DNA from: Rhynchopus sp. YZ270_cl-10
Lineage: Eukaryota
DNA: 64,000 nucleotides
Assembly: GCA_964035575.1 (NCBI GenBank)
Contig: OZ037847.1
Location: forward strand, 186,001 to 250,000
Reading direction: 5' to 3'
The translations under genes and the position numbers were made by a program. Shown in pieces: positions 1 to 10,692 of the stretch; positions within the stretch are counted from its first letter, which is position 1; every line of letters starts with the position of its first letter. The notes under the pieces were generated by a model that saw only the letters and a list, made by a program, of their open reading frames with translations, was not told the DNA's origin and ran no database searches.

Positions 1-381
1 ATGAGAAGGATTCTCTCCCAGGACATCTCAAATAAACGAAGAAAACGAAGAAAACTGACAACCAAAAAAGAAAAAGAAGGAAGAAAAAAAAAGAAAACAC
101 AAGCAATAGCTAAAAACTGGGTGTGCTGTGGATATTGGGGAAACGCGCTCCTGGATTATGGAACTCCCCTTGTACAACACACCCAGCACTCTGCTGCAGG
201 TATGCGAAAAAACGCTGTTCGTACGCTGCCAGAACCACTGGAGGGAGCTGTCGTCAGACTCCTCCTCGTCCTGCACCATCTGATCGATGGGGTTGCTGGA
301 CGTAGGCTTGGCGGGCAACTTTTCCTGACTTCACCTTGGGTGAAGGAAAAGTTGCGTGAAGGAAAAAACTTTTTGCAAGGT

Positions 382-993
382 TGGTGTGGCCCGATTTCTG
401 GTTTTGCGTGTCTCAAGAATGGCCCAAGAATGGCCCAAAAGTGGGTTAAATCGAGGGGGGGTCCCTTTTTTAATTTGTTACCCGGTGTTTTTTTTGGGGT
501 GGTTTTCACGCTAGGTCTGACCCGGAGGCACCTCTGCATAGTGACTGGAGGGGAAATTTGGGGTGGTCCGAACCTTTCGGTTAGGAATAATTCACAACAC
601 GGTGGCTAAAATCTGTACTGTACTGTACTGTACTGTACTGTACTGTACTGTACTGTACTGTACTGTACTGTACTGTACTGTACTGTACTGTACTGTACTG
701 TACTGTACTGTACTGTACTGTACTGTACTGTACTGTACTGTACTGTACTGTACTGTACTGTACTGTACTGTACTGTACTGTACTGTACTGTACTGTACTG
801 TACTGTACTGTACTGTACTGTACTGTACTCCCAATCCCCTGTGTCAGTATACTGTGTATACTGTGTATACTGTGTATACTGTGTATACTGTGTAAAGGGC
901 AAAAAAATTAAAAAATACACCTAAAAAAACACGGCTCAAGAATGGCCCAAGAATGGCCCAAAAGTGGGTTAAATCGAGGGGCGGGCCACACCA
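382..993. mobile_element. Non-autonomous element with TG...CA ends, 12-bp TIR and 5-bp TSD, carrying microsatellites
   Basis: TGGTGTGGCCCG at 382 and CGGGCCACACCA ending at 993. AAGGT flanks both sides (377-381, 994-998). An internal ~45-bp direct repeat TCAAGAATGGCCCAAGAATGGCCCAAAAGTGGGTTAAATCGAGGGG occurs at ~413 and ~936. Confidence 0.8.
613..893. repeat. (TGTAC)n microsatellite followed by (CTGTGTATA)n
   Basis: Perfect 5-mer array at ~613-829; 9-mer array at ~848-893. Confidence 0.97.
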
Positions 994-2631
994 AAGGTTA
1001 TTTTTTTTTTGAATGCCGAGTGCATAGTAGTGCCATACCTCAAAAATCAAAAGTAAGTTGCAAAGCCACACACAACAACCACCCCAAGGTGGGTGACTCA
1101 CGTTCCTGGTGGAATGCTCGACCTGGGTAGTGACATCATCAGTGTGCTGCAAAAAATGGAAAAGACGAAAAAACGAAAAAACGAAAGAAAAGAACGAGAA
1201 AGAAAAAGAAAAAGAGAGCGCAGTAGATAAGAGTATCCTTCGTCTCGTGCTCAGTCACCTTAACCTTGGGAAAAAGGAAGCCCGAAACGGAAAAAACAAA
1301 AAAATGGGAAAGTAGTATTTAGTCCAACGAGGGAAGGGAAGCATCGTAGCTGGCAGAACAGAGCTGTTCTGTGCGACAGCGTTGAAGAAAGCCTGGCCCT
1401 CTTGCCTTAGCAAATTTAAAGGGGGAATGTATTGACAAAAAAAAATCGATCCGTAGCCATTAATAGACGGTTTGCATCGATGCATCAAAGAAAAAAAAAA
1501 TATTAAGATGAACGGAAAGCCTCCCGTGATCCGTTGCCTTCATCACAATCGTTGGCATCAAATGACACCTGCTTGCAAAAGACGATATCTAGAGGCCACT
1601 GCGCACCTAAAGGAGTGTGGCGGAGCCCCCGTAGTGTGTTGCTTTTGTGTTGTTCTTTTTGTTGTGCCTACATAGTGATACTGTATAAAAGGGATTGTTT
1701 TCTGTGTATTTTATGTGATTTTTATTTTGAAAAAAAAAAAAAAATCGACAACGTGTAGTCACATTGCGACCTCCACGTATGTTTTTTTTTCCCCCTCCCC
1801 TTCCCTCGGGAAAGTCAGGAAAGACAAGAATTTAAGTCGGCAGGCGTAACAAGGAAAGAAAGATTACTGGGGTAGGTGGAAGTAGATGATACGGGAGTAT
1901 AAAAGTGGGTGGGAAGGAAAAAAAAAAGAAACTTTGTCCACACACACAGTGGGATACGGATGACACACACCTTTCCTTTTGCGACCAAAACTCCTTTGTT
2001 TACTTTTTTTGACAAATTGTTGGAGTAGTGTAGTTGCTTCGGTGGTGTTGCCACTTTTTTGACACCTAAACCATAAGAAAAGGGACCTATTAGGAACATG
2101 TCAAAAAGCGAACAACGTGTGCAGCAAAGCTATAATCAACCACAGTTCATTAATCACTAAGAGTCGGGCGTGTGAACAAGACTACAAAAATAAGAATAAT
2201 AAAGAATCCATAAAAGATGATGGCCTCACGACACCTGAGATGAACTGTACACAATGGCGAACATCTTGAGGAAATACAGCAGTCGTCTCTGCCAAAAAAG
2301 CAATAACAATTTTTACGTCCTTGTATTCGCGTGTTCACACTTCATTTTTTCATAGCGTTGACCAACCCACCACTCCTTCGCTGCGTTAAACCAAAGAGCT
2401 GGTTGGACACTAATGGAGTTAGACGTGACGGATGGGGTTGAGTGGAATGGGAAAGTGAAAGCAATTAAAAGAACGACGTTCAACACAACATGAGTGACAG
2501 ACTCAAAAAATACAGCCCTATCAGCACCACGCCTTTCGCCAGCAGTTCGGAGGTGTAGGTGCACAGCGTTCTAGAAGTTATGATAAACAAGCAGGTCTTC
2601 AAAAAGCAGAAGTAAGTGTTGTCATGACACC

Positions 2632-5280
2632 TCACCACACAATCTCGTACGACGCTATCTCCTTTGCGACGGACATGTGACTGATTTCTTCGTAGCTGCT
2701 GCGTGAGTGTATTTCAGCTGCATCAATGGTCTTCAGGATCTCCACAGCATCATCCCAGCGCTGCTTCTCCACTGCCACAAAAGCTTTATTCAGCTTGTGT
2801 GCGGGCGACTCGTGGACCTCCTCGAGCTGGTACATCCACTCCCCAACAAGCACTGTCAGCTCTGCAAGCACACGGGACACAACCAACGGAATGCCTTCAC
2901 GCGGCCCCTTGTTGCTTTTCACAAAGCCAAAGTGTCTGAAGTCAAAGACACCCTCGCACGCCTCGTAGATGCTGCTGTCGGTGATGAGCCCGTAGCCCTT
3001 GATCTTGGCGTAGCGCTCCAAGGAGTAGCCCCACGAGACACACTTGCCAAGAGTCGAATAGCGCTTCATGGTGTCAGCACCAATGTGCCCAGAGAGCACG
3101 GTGCCTGCGACCACGGCAGACGAGATGCGGAGCTGGAGTGACGACTCTGCGTTGGAGAGGATCTCAAGGCCCGACAGCGTCGCCGACTCGCGGAAACTTG
3201 TGATAGGGCGTGCGCCGTTGTATGTGATCACGACACGGTCGCCGGAGAAGGTCTCGGGCACACCACCACGGCCGTGGCTGACCTCGATGCACATTTGGAT
3301 ATATTGCTTGTGCTTCGCGATGACGTCGTTCTCGCGTGTGTTCATCATGTCGCTGTGGAAGCCGATGACATTCGCCATAAGGAAGGAGACCTTCTTCTTG
3401 GAGAGCGACGGTGTCCAGTTGCCCATGCGTTGGTGCCCGCCCTGAGCCAGGGTGTTGCGGTCTGTGCCAATATGCGACTCAGACTTGTTCGTAATTGTGT
3501 GCGTAAGTGCATTCGACCCCGTCACGGAGATCGAGGTGGCGGTCTCAGACTCCACATCGGAGGTGTCGTCTGCATACTTCGCCAGAAGCGTGCGTGGCAG
3601 GTACCTGCGGTACTCAATCAGGTTGTCCACAATCTTCATAAACGCAAGAATAATGTCTGAAGGGTTCTCCAGCCCACGGATGTCGTCCAGATCTTCAAGG
3701 CGCATGTAGGCAATGCTTTGCGCACAGCGGAATGCAACCGCCTTCTCGGAGTAGAGCTTCGACAAACGCACCTGATCACGGAGCACACGGAATCCTGCCA
3801 GAGGTGCGCCAATGAGGAGGAAGGCACCAATAATGACGCTGATCACAATGATCACGTTCTTGTCCGTCTTGCCCTCCGAGAAGGGACAGTCGATGTTGCC
3901 TTCTCCGAAGTTCTTCATGCCTGAGGGACAGACATGGCAGATCTCCGCACCTTCTTCTGAGAAGCTACCTTCTGGACAGAGACTGCAGGAGGAGGAGAAC
4001 TCCTGGCTGAAAGAGCCTGCAGGGCAGGGCGTGCACTTCTCCATGCCTTCGTGGTCCGTCACAACGGAGTACGTGCCGGCAGTGCAGTTGTGGCATTCAA
4101 CAACGTAGGAGGGTGGGTTCTGCGTCACAGCAACGGTGTAGCGTGTCCCGTTCCCACAGGCGTCACCACTGAGGATGAGATTGCCTGTGTCTGATATGCC
4201 GTCAATGGTGTAGTCCATCTTCACAGCAAGGTGGAAGTCATCCAAACAGTCGCCAACATTCTCCTGCACCCGCACACCGTCCTTCCACACAGGGTGGCAG
4301 AAAGGGTCAAAGCCACCCTTCATCTTCGTCACCGTGGAGTGGAAGAGCTTGCGTGTGGGTGTGTCCACCTCAAACGAGGGGTCGTGGTTGACTGATACGC
4401 CACTCGGGTACCCATACCACAGGTTGTGGCTTCCGCTCTTGAACGTGCCTGAGTACGACCTGTTCATCAGTTCAGTGTAGATGGGTCCCCAGTTGAAGTT
4501 TGATGACGTAAGCACAGTCTCCCCAATGATCTTCCGCCCGTCCGTGTTGGAGGCAACACTGTGGATCCCGTTTGCCTTTGCGTACAGTGCACCCTCCTGT
4601 GTGTCGGTGTGGTAGGCAATCACATCACATCCCATTGCATGCAAACGACGTGCAGCCTCACGCTCCTTCACGGGATCATAAAACGTACCAATCCAGATCA
4701 CCACCACGTCAACTTTGTGCTCAACGTATGTGGAGTTCATGATGGCACCTGCCCCGACCTGTGCACCAAGGTAGTAAGCGTTGGCAGAACGGTACACTTC
4801 CGCAATCGGGATGGATGCAATAAAACCGACACGCTTTACTGTGCTCTTCCCACCTGCAACCACACCAGACACGTAACGTGAGTGGTAGACACGTCCAAAG
4901 GCTGTGATGAAGTTATCCTGTCCAGAGTAGTAACCCGACACGTGAACAAAGTCGACATTTGGATGAGCCTTTGCCGCAGCAAACGTCTCTTCGTGGTACA
5001 TGAAGGAACAACCGATAACCATGTCGTAACCACTCTCCGACACGTTCTTCATCATCACTTTCACGTCTTCTGACGACAGAGCCTCATAGATGTCGGTGTG
5101 TATGCTGTCACCACGTGCCTCAAGCTCAGGCAGCAGTGCTTCTTGTGCACGGATCCTTCCTTCGTTGTGTGTGTACGTCCATCCCAGGTCAGAGATGTCA
5201 CCGTTGTAGAAGAAGGCAGCTTTGAAGGTGCGTGCATCCACGACCAGCACACACAGCAACAATGCGAATGTGTGTATCAT
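2632..5280 (-). CDS. Receptor-type cyclase-like protein, copy 1: BMP/PnrA-like sensor, Cys-rich repeats, TM, degenerate class III cyclase domain
   Basis: Signal peptide MIHTFALLLCVLVVDA. BMP-family motifs DLGWTYTHNEGR, GFIASIPIAEVYR and WIGTFYDPVKEREAA. CxxCPxG repeats and a TM segment (VIIVISVIIGAFLLIG). The C-terminal cyclase-like segment (FLMANVIGF / FSGDRVV / YSTLGKCVSWGYSLE) lacks the first metal-binding Asp and the catalytic Asn/Arg. Confidence 0.88.
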   Translation of the reverse strand: MIHTFALLLCVLVVDARTFKAAFFYNGDISDLGWTYTHNEGRIRAQEALLPELEARGDSIHTDIYEALSSEDVKVMMKNVSESGYDMVIGCSFMYHEETFAAAKAHPNVDFVHVSGYYSGQDNFITAFGRVYHSRYVSGVVAGGKSTVKRVGFIASIPIAEVYRSANAYYLGAQVGAGAIMNSTYVEHKVDVVVIWIGTFYDPVKEREAARRLHAMGCDVIAYHTDTQEGALYAKANGIHSVASNTDGRKIIGETVLTSSNFNWGPIYTELMNRSYSGTFKSGSHNLWYGYPSGVSVNHDPSFEVDTPTRKLFHSTVTKMKGGFDPFCHPVWKDGVRVQENVGDCLDDFHLAVKMDYTIDGISDTGNLILSGDACGNGTRYTVAVTQNPPSYVVECHNCTAGTYSVVTDHEGMEKCTPCPAGSFSQEFSSSCSLCPEGSFSEEGAEICHVCPSGMKNFGEGNIDCPFSEGKTDKNVIIVISVIIGAFLLIGAPLAGFRVLRDQVRLSKLYSEKAVAFRCAQSIAYMRLEDLDDIRGLENPSDIILAFMKIVDNLIEYRRYLPRTLLAKYADDTSDVESETATSISVTGSNALTHTITNKSESHIGTDRNTLAQGGHQRMGNWTPSLSKKKVSFLMANVIGFHSDMMNTRENDVIAKHKQYIQMCIEVSHGRGGVPETFSGDRVVITYNGARPITSFRESATLSGLEILSNAESSLQLRISSAVVAGTVLSGHIGADTMKRYSTLGKCVSWGYSLERYAKIKGYGLITDSSIYEACEGVFDFRHFGFVKSNKGPREGIPLVVSRVLAELTVLVGEWMYQLEEVHESPAHKLNKAFVAVEKQRWDDAVEILKTIDAAEIHSRSSYEEISHMSVAKEIASYEIVW

Positions 5281-6929
5281 CTTCACAAAGTGGAACTGTT
5301 CTGTGGTGTGGTGAGTGTGATGATGGATGTGGGTGCGGATGTGGGGTGGAGGTGTCGAGAGAAAACAAGATGCTGTGTTTGAGTTGACGAAGAGAAAGAA
5401 GCAGTGGGGTAACATGGGGAGCAAAAGAGCTCAAACAAGAGACAAAACAAAGAAACACGGCAAGCGTTTTTGTGCTTCCCCACCCCCGCAAACAATAAAG
5501 CAATAAAGACTAAGGACTATGGCTAGTTCATCTGCGTTCCATTTAAAAGAAAAGCGGAAACATGAAAGATGAGTGGGCCTGGGGGGGGATATTTAAAAAT
5601 AAAACAAAAAGTCTTTGATTATAGACTACTATCGCTAGATAGCAGCCATGGGTTTTCTTCGCAAATAAAAAAATCAATGGTGTGGCTGAATGGGGGTGCA
5701 AAACGTGCGCAAAAAATGCGTAGAAGTGAGCAGGAAATGCAAATCACTCCCCTTCAGCCACACAAATCAAAACAACATTTTTAGAAAAACAAAAATCAAA
5801 CACAGGGACATGAATCCTGTGTGATGTAGGGTTGGGGTCCTCTGCCCGTTTCGCAGTGGGAGCACAAACCCTGCGTCGCTAATTTGGGAAGAAAAGAGGT
5901 CACGGAAAGTAGGCGAGGGCATAAAAATGCGAGAATTGTAGTGAAGTGGGGAAGTGGAAGTCAGGGTGTAGGGCACTCAAGCCCAAATAAAAGTGTGTTG
6001 GGGGATGAAAGGGAGTATCTATTAAAGAGTTATCGAACCCCCAGAGAGCACGTCATTGGCGTGCACACAGTTTCCACGAGGGAAAGGTTGTATGCAGGTA
6101 AACAAAAAAATCTTAAAGAAAGGTGAATGCGACAGAAAACGTGCAGACATTTCTTGGATGCAGGCACGTGAATAAATATCAAATAAAAATACTGCAAAGT
6201 GAAAAGTGAAAAGGGTACATCGACACACACTAATAAGCAATGTGATGGGTACAGATCGTTCGTTTTTCCAAAGTAAACCGAATAGAGTGGAATATAGTGA
6301 GAGTGCAGCGGAAACAAAAAGTGGGAATGCAACAAGCTTTTCCCCCCGGTATCACATACGAAACTGTTTTTCCATCCACACAGAACTTCGATAGGCAATT
6401 GAGCGTATCTAACAACAACCCAACAAAAGAAAGTACAAGAAGAAGTAAGCTTAAGATAGTATTTTCAATCGAAAGATGGAGTTTTATCCACCAGCGTCGT
6501 CTACGATACTACAAGAAGAACTAAGAAATGCAGGAAAAATAGATGAAGAGAAAAAATAGTAGTCGATAGGTAAACACCTCTGTCGAGCTCATGCAAGGGT
6601 GGGACGTGGATGTTCGGCACGTACCGTAAGAGAACGGAGGCGGTTCACAACCGCTCGGCGAATCATGCGACCTCTTTATACTTCAGTCAAAAAAAAAACT
6701 ATTTTGCACGTGTTACCGTGGGAACCCTAAGGGCAATCATGGCTCATTTCGTAAACGTGTCGTCCAATTGGCTTCTGAAGAACGGTGTCTCAAATCTGGC
6801 CAAATTATTCAAAAAAAACTTTTCTCGGAAAAGACACAGGGTTTCCGCCAAGGGGGACCGGGGGGGGACCATGGTCCCCCCCCCCCAAGAAAAATGGGGT
6901 TTTGGAGGTTGTAGATGACCCCCCGTGGT

Positions 6930-9912
6930 CATGTGACCCCACCGCGCAGAGCATTTGGCTCGCTGTGTCAAAAGAAGTGGAAGAAAAGGGGGGCAAAATC
7001 TAAAAGAAAAAAAAAGAAGAAAAAAAGTAGCGTACCGTGCGCCTGCAGCGCTGTGTTGCTGGCTATTTGATGTTGTTATATCCCCATTGATACTTCTGTG
7101 TTTGCCCCTTTTTTAAGGAGGCTTCGATGCTTCCACCCCCGACCTCCAAACGAACCACCTCTACGACAACACAGCTGTGAAGCTTAACATGGCTGCTATC
7201 AAACCTGGTGCTAGAAAGCCTGGCGCAAAAACTCAAAAGTTGTGCCAAATCAGGCAGACTTGTCTTTGCTGTCAAGAAGGAGACTCCCACGGTTGTCACA
7301 CCCTTCGCCTCTCCACTCTGTGGCTGCCAGGGAGGCGCGCGCGAAGCGCGCGACGACCGCTATTGCGGGGAGAAAAAAAATTTTTGGGGGGGTCTTTTTG
7401 ATGGCCCCCCCCCCAATTCCTGAAACCCCAAATCCTGGCGGAAACCCGAGACAACAAAAATTATTTCATATACTTTCTTTTGGAAACCCGAGACAACAAA
7501 AAGAAAATACGATTTTCCGTTGAACGTTGCTAGGCAATAATGCTAATTCCATATACTTTCCATCCAAAGAAGAGAAAAAAAGCGCCATTGAGTGCAAGCC
7601 AAGAGGAAACATGAAAGATGAATGGCCCTAGGGGGCACATACAATATTCAAAAACAAAAACAAAAACAAAAATTGAAACCGCACTCCTTTTCCTTTTTGC
7701 ATTTACCCACCCCCGCAAACAATAAAGCAATAAAGACAATAAGGACAAAACGGAGAGGTTGTGGTGAAACGCACACACATCGGCCTGTCGGTGAAATGTG
7801 GCTCTACTCCAACCCTCCTCAGAATAGAAAAAGAAAGGGAGTAGGGGTACGGTGTTCAATTTCCTTATAGCATCGCATGTAATCATAAAAAATAAAGCAA
7901 AAAAAAAAAAAAACTACTGGGGGGGTCACAGAGCTCGCGCTAAAGTCCATCCCTCATCCCGGGATTTTTGGGGGTTTTGGTAGGAACGTTTTTTTTTTGC
8001 AGTACGGGGATTTCATTAAGAAACCAGAAGTTCTAATATTGTTGAGTAAGACCACCACATAGTGGACTTGCATGTACATGTGACCCCGCCGTGGAACGCA
8101 ATTGGCTCGGAAAGTCAAAAGAAAGAGGAGAAAAAAGAAAAGGGAAAAAAAAAAAAGTTGGTTACCGTGCGCCTGCGGCGCTGCCTGTTCCCTTCCAGTT
8201 TCTACAGGCAAACACTTTACCCCCTTTACCTTACACTGACGGGTTTTGACCAAAACCAAGAACTTGTCCATTTCGGCAAATTGACCCCACCACAGAACGG
8301 ACGAATTCCGGAAATGCAAATGCCAGTGTTTTCGCGCATTTTCATGTTGCAAGACGTTCAGGATCAGGGAGAGAAAATCTGGCTGTGGGATTTACATTGG
8401 CCCTCTTTACCCACATGGATTTTGACCAAAACCAAAAAATTGGCCATTTCGGCAAAGTGACCCCACCACAGCGCGGACGGATTCCGGAAATTCCAATCGC
8501 GGTATGTTTTGGGGCTGAAAACCCACTGATTTTCAGGAGAAAAATTGCTTCCAAATCTCGGAATTTTCCGAATTTTCCTGAAAATGACCCTTGTTTACGA
8601 GTATGGGTTCATATTTTGCGAAAATTTAAGTCACTAAAATTTTGTCCATTTTTCCGTATATACCCCACCACAAGCCGGGATTGGCCCGGAAATGCCACAA
8701 AACGGGGTTTCCGGGCCTCCCCAGCTAACCTTTTCAAGGAACGTTTTTCCGTACCCGAAATCCATTTTTTCCCCATTTTTTCCCATAATTAGCGCGACCA
8801 CTGGGGGGTCAGACCAGGGCTGTTCCTAAGTGAGAATGAGAATAAGGAATTCTGATTTTTGAGTTTTTTTTCCTTTTTTTTTTTTCCTTTTTTCCTTCGT
8901 TGGATTTTAGCCTGCTTCTACTAGGTTAGGAGCCAAAATTTTGTACACCACTGGTCGGGGTGGTATGCAAACAAGCCAAAGATCAGGTTTTCGGGTGGGG
9001 AAAAAAAAAAAAAAATACCCGCCCCCAAAAAAAAATCCGCCTGCGGCGCAGGCTTTCCTCTAAATCTGTCTCCCAAAATGCGGATTTTAGATTTTGGAAA
9101 TGCCGCACCGAAGGAATTTTCGTGGTTGCCGCACTTTTTTTTCGCCTAAGGGGGGAAGGTATGTAGGCACTTCTGTCTGGGAAAAATGACCAGGAAAAAA
9201 ATGTTGGGGCCCCATGCTCCAAATGTGCGAAACAAGCAAAAAAAAGTATTCTGTGCACTGTAGTTGTAGCTATTCTGTGTTTGACAGTAAAAGTATGCAA
9301 TTTTAAGCAACATTTTTTTGAAATGTTGCGTACCGTGGCTTCGCCAGAAACTTTTGTTTTAGCAAAACAGGGAAGTAAAATTTATGGAAACTTACGATAA
9401 TTACCAACGACAGTGCCATTTTATGTCAACATTTTTTAGAAATGTTGCGTACCGTGGATTCGCCAGGAACCTTTCGGGTGCCATGACCGCCGTTTCTTTT
9501 GTAAATGTACTGAGGTTACTGATAAATCGTGCACCACGCGTGCTTGGTGCAAATGTCAATGAAGTGCCGAACTCCGCAGTTGGATAACCGAGGAATTCTC
9601 ATATTCCGCCGGAGGCCCCCAACTTGAGCTGGGTTGGGGACCGAGTTTTGACCATGTATAATAAGAAGCTGCCTCCGGCAGGCTTTGCGCTAAGGTCGGT
9701 TCCTTGTCCCGGGATTTTTGGATATTTTTGTGGTGTTTTTCTTTCGCAGACCGGACTAAACCAGAGAACCTCATAGTTCATAGTGAGGGTACTTTAGAGT
9801 GTTTTTGCACACAAATGTGACCCCACCGTGGAGAGCAATAGGCTCGCGCAATCAAAAGAAAGCAGAGAAAAAGGAAAAAAGGAAAAAGTTGGGTACCATG
9901 CGCCTGCGGCGC
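6930..9912. repeat. Dispersed ~110-bp repeat module (copies ~6930-7052, ~8078-8182, ~9815-9912; inverted copy ~45895-46001)
   Basis: Shared ATGTGACCCC(A/G)CCG...TTGGCTCG...TCAAAAGAA...TACC(G/A)TGCGCCTGC(G/A)GCG. Also, 9280-9346 is the approximate reverse complement of 45797-45864. Confidence 0.75.
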
Positions 9913-10401
9913 TACCTTCCCAGTCAAAAACACCACAATTTCATCTGAAGTTGGGTTTTCAGACTGAAAATGACCCTTGTTTACGAGTATGGGTTCATAT
10001 TTTGTGAAAATTTAAGTCACTAAAATTTTGTCCATTTTTCCGTATATCCCCCACCACAGAACGGGATTGGCTCAAATCTGGCAAAAATGCAGGAAAAACC
10101 TGCCTCTGCGGGTTTTTAAAAAAAAGGAAAAAAACGAGAATAAAACCAGCGATTTTTGGGGGAAAAAGCGAGAATAAGGAACAGCCCTGGGTCAGACCCC
10201 CCCAGGGGTCGCGCTAATTTTGGGGGAAATCGGCGAAAAAATGGAAAAACGGTACCAAAAAACGTACCTGAAACAGCTGTGTGGCATTTCCGAGCCAATC
10301 CCAGGCTGTGGTGGGGGATATACGGAAAAATGGACAAAATTTTAGTGACTTAAATTTTCACAAAATATGAACCCATACTCGTAAGCAAGGGTCATTTTCA
10401 G
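8578..10401. mobile_element. Foldback/MITE-like element with ~230-250 bp imperfect TIRs and an extra internal TIR copy
   Basis: CTGAAAATGACCCTTG(T/C)TTACGAGTATGGGTTCATATTTTG... at 8578 and again at 9964, with its reverse complement ending at 10401. Similarity extends to ATTAGCGCGACC...GGGCTGTTCCT (8788-8827 versus ~10176-10218). No TSD identified. Confidence 0.75.
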
Positions 10402-10692
10402 CAGTCCTACATCCATTTCGCGGTTTACATCTGATATGTGCTACTCCCGCTAAACAAGAGCTGATGGACACTAATGGAGTTAGACGTGACGGATGGGGTT
10501 GAGTGGAATGGGAAAGTGAAAGCAATTAAAAGAACGACGTTCAACACAACATGAGTGACAGACTCAAAAAATACAGCCCTATCAGCACCACGCCTTTCGC
10601 CAGCAGTTCGGAGGTGTAGGTGCACAGCGTTCTAGAAGTTATGATAAACAAGCAGGTCTTCAAAAAGCAGAAGTAAGTGTTGTCATGACACC

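Noticed and set aside
28..318. 96-aa minus-strand ORF at the window start
   Set aside because: It is short, runs into low-complexity sequence and has no recognisable motif; it cannot be supported as a gene.
563..920. ORFs with (CTVLY)n / (YSTVQ)n repeats
   Set aside because: They are translations of the (TGTAC)n microsatellite and are open in several frames on both strands.
5281..5424. N-terminal extensions in the ORF track (also 16681-16878, 61038-61067)
   Set aside because: They start at non-ATG codons; the downstream ATGs begin clear signal peptides.
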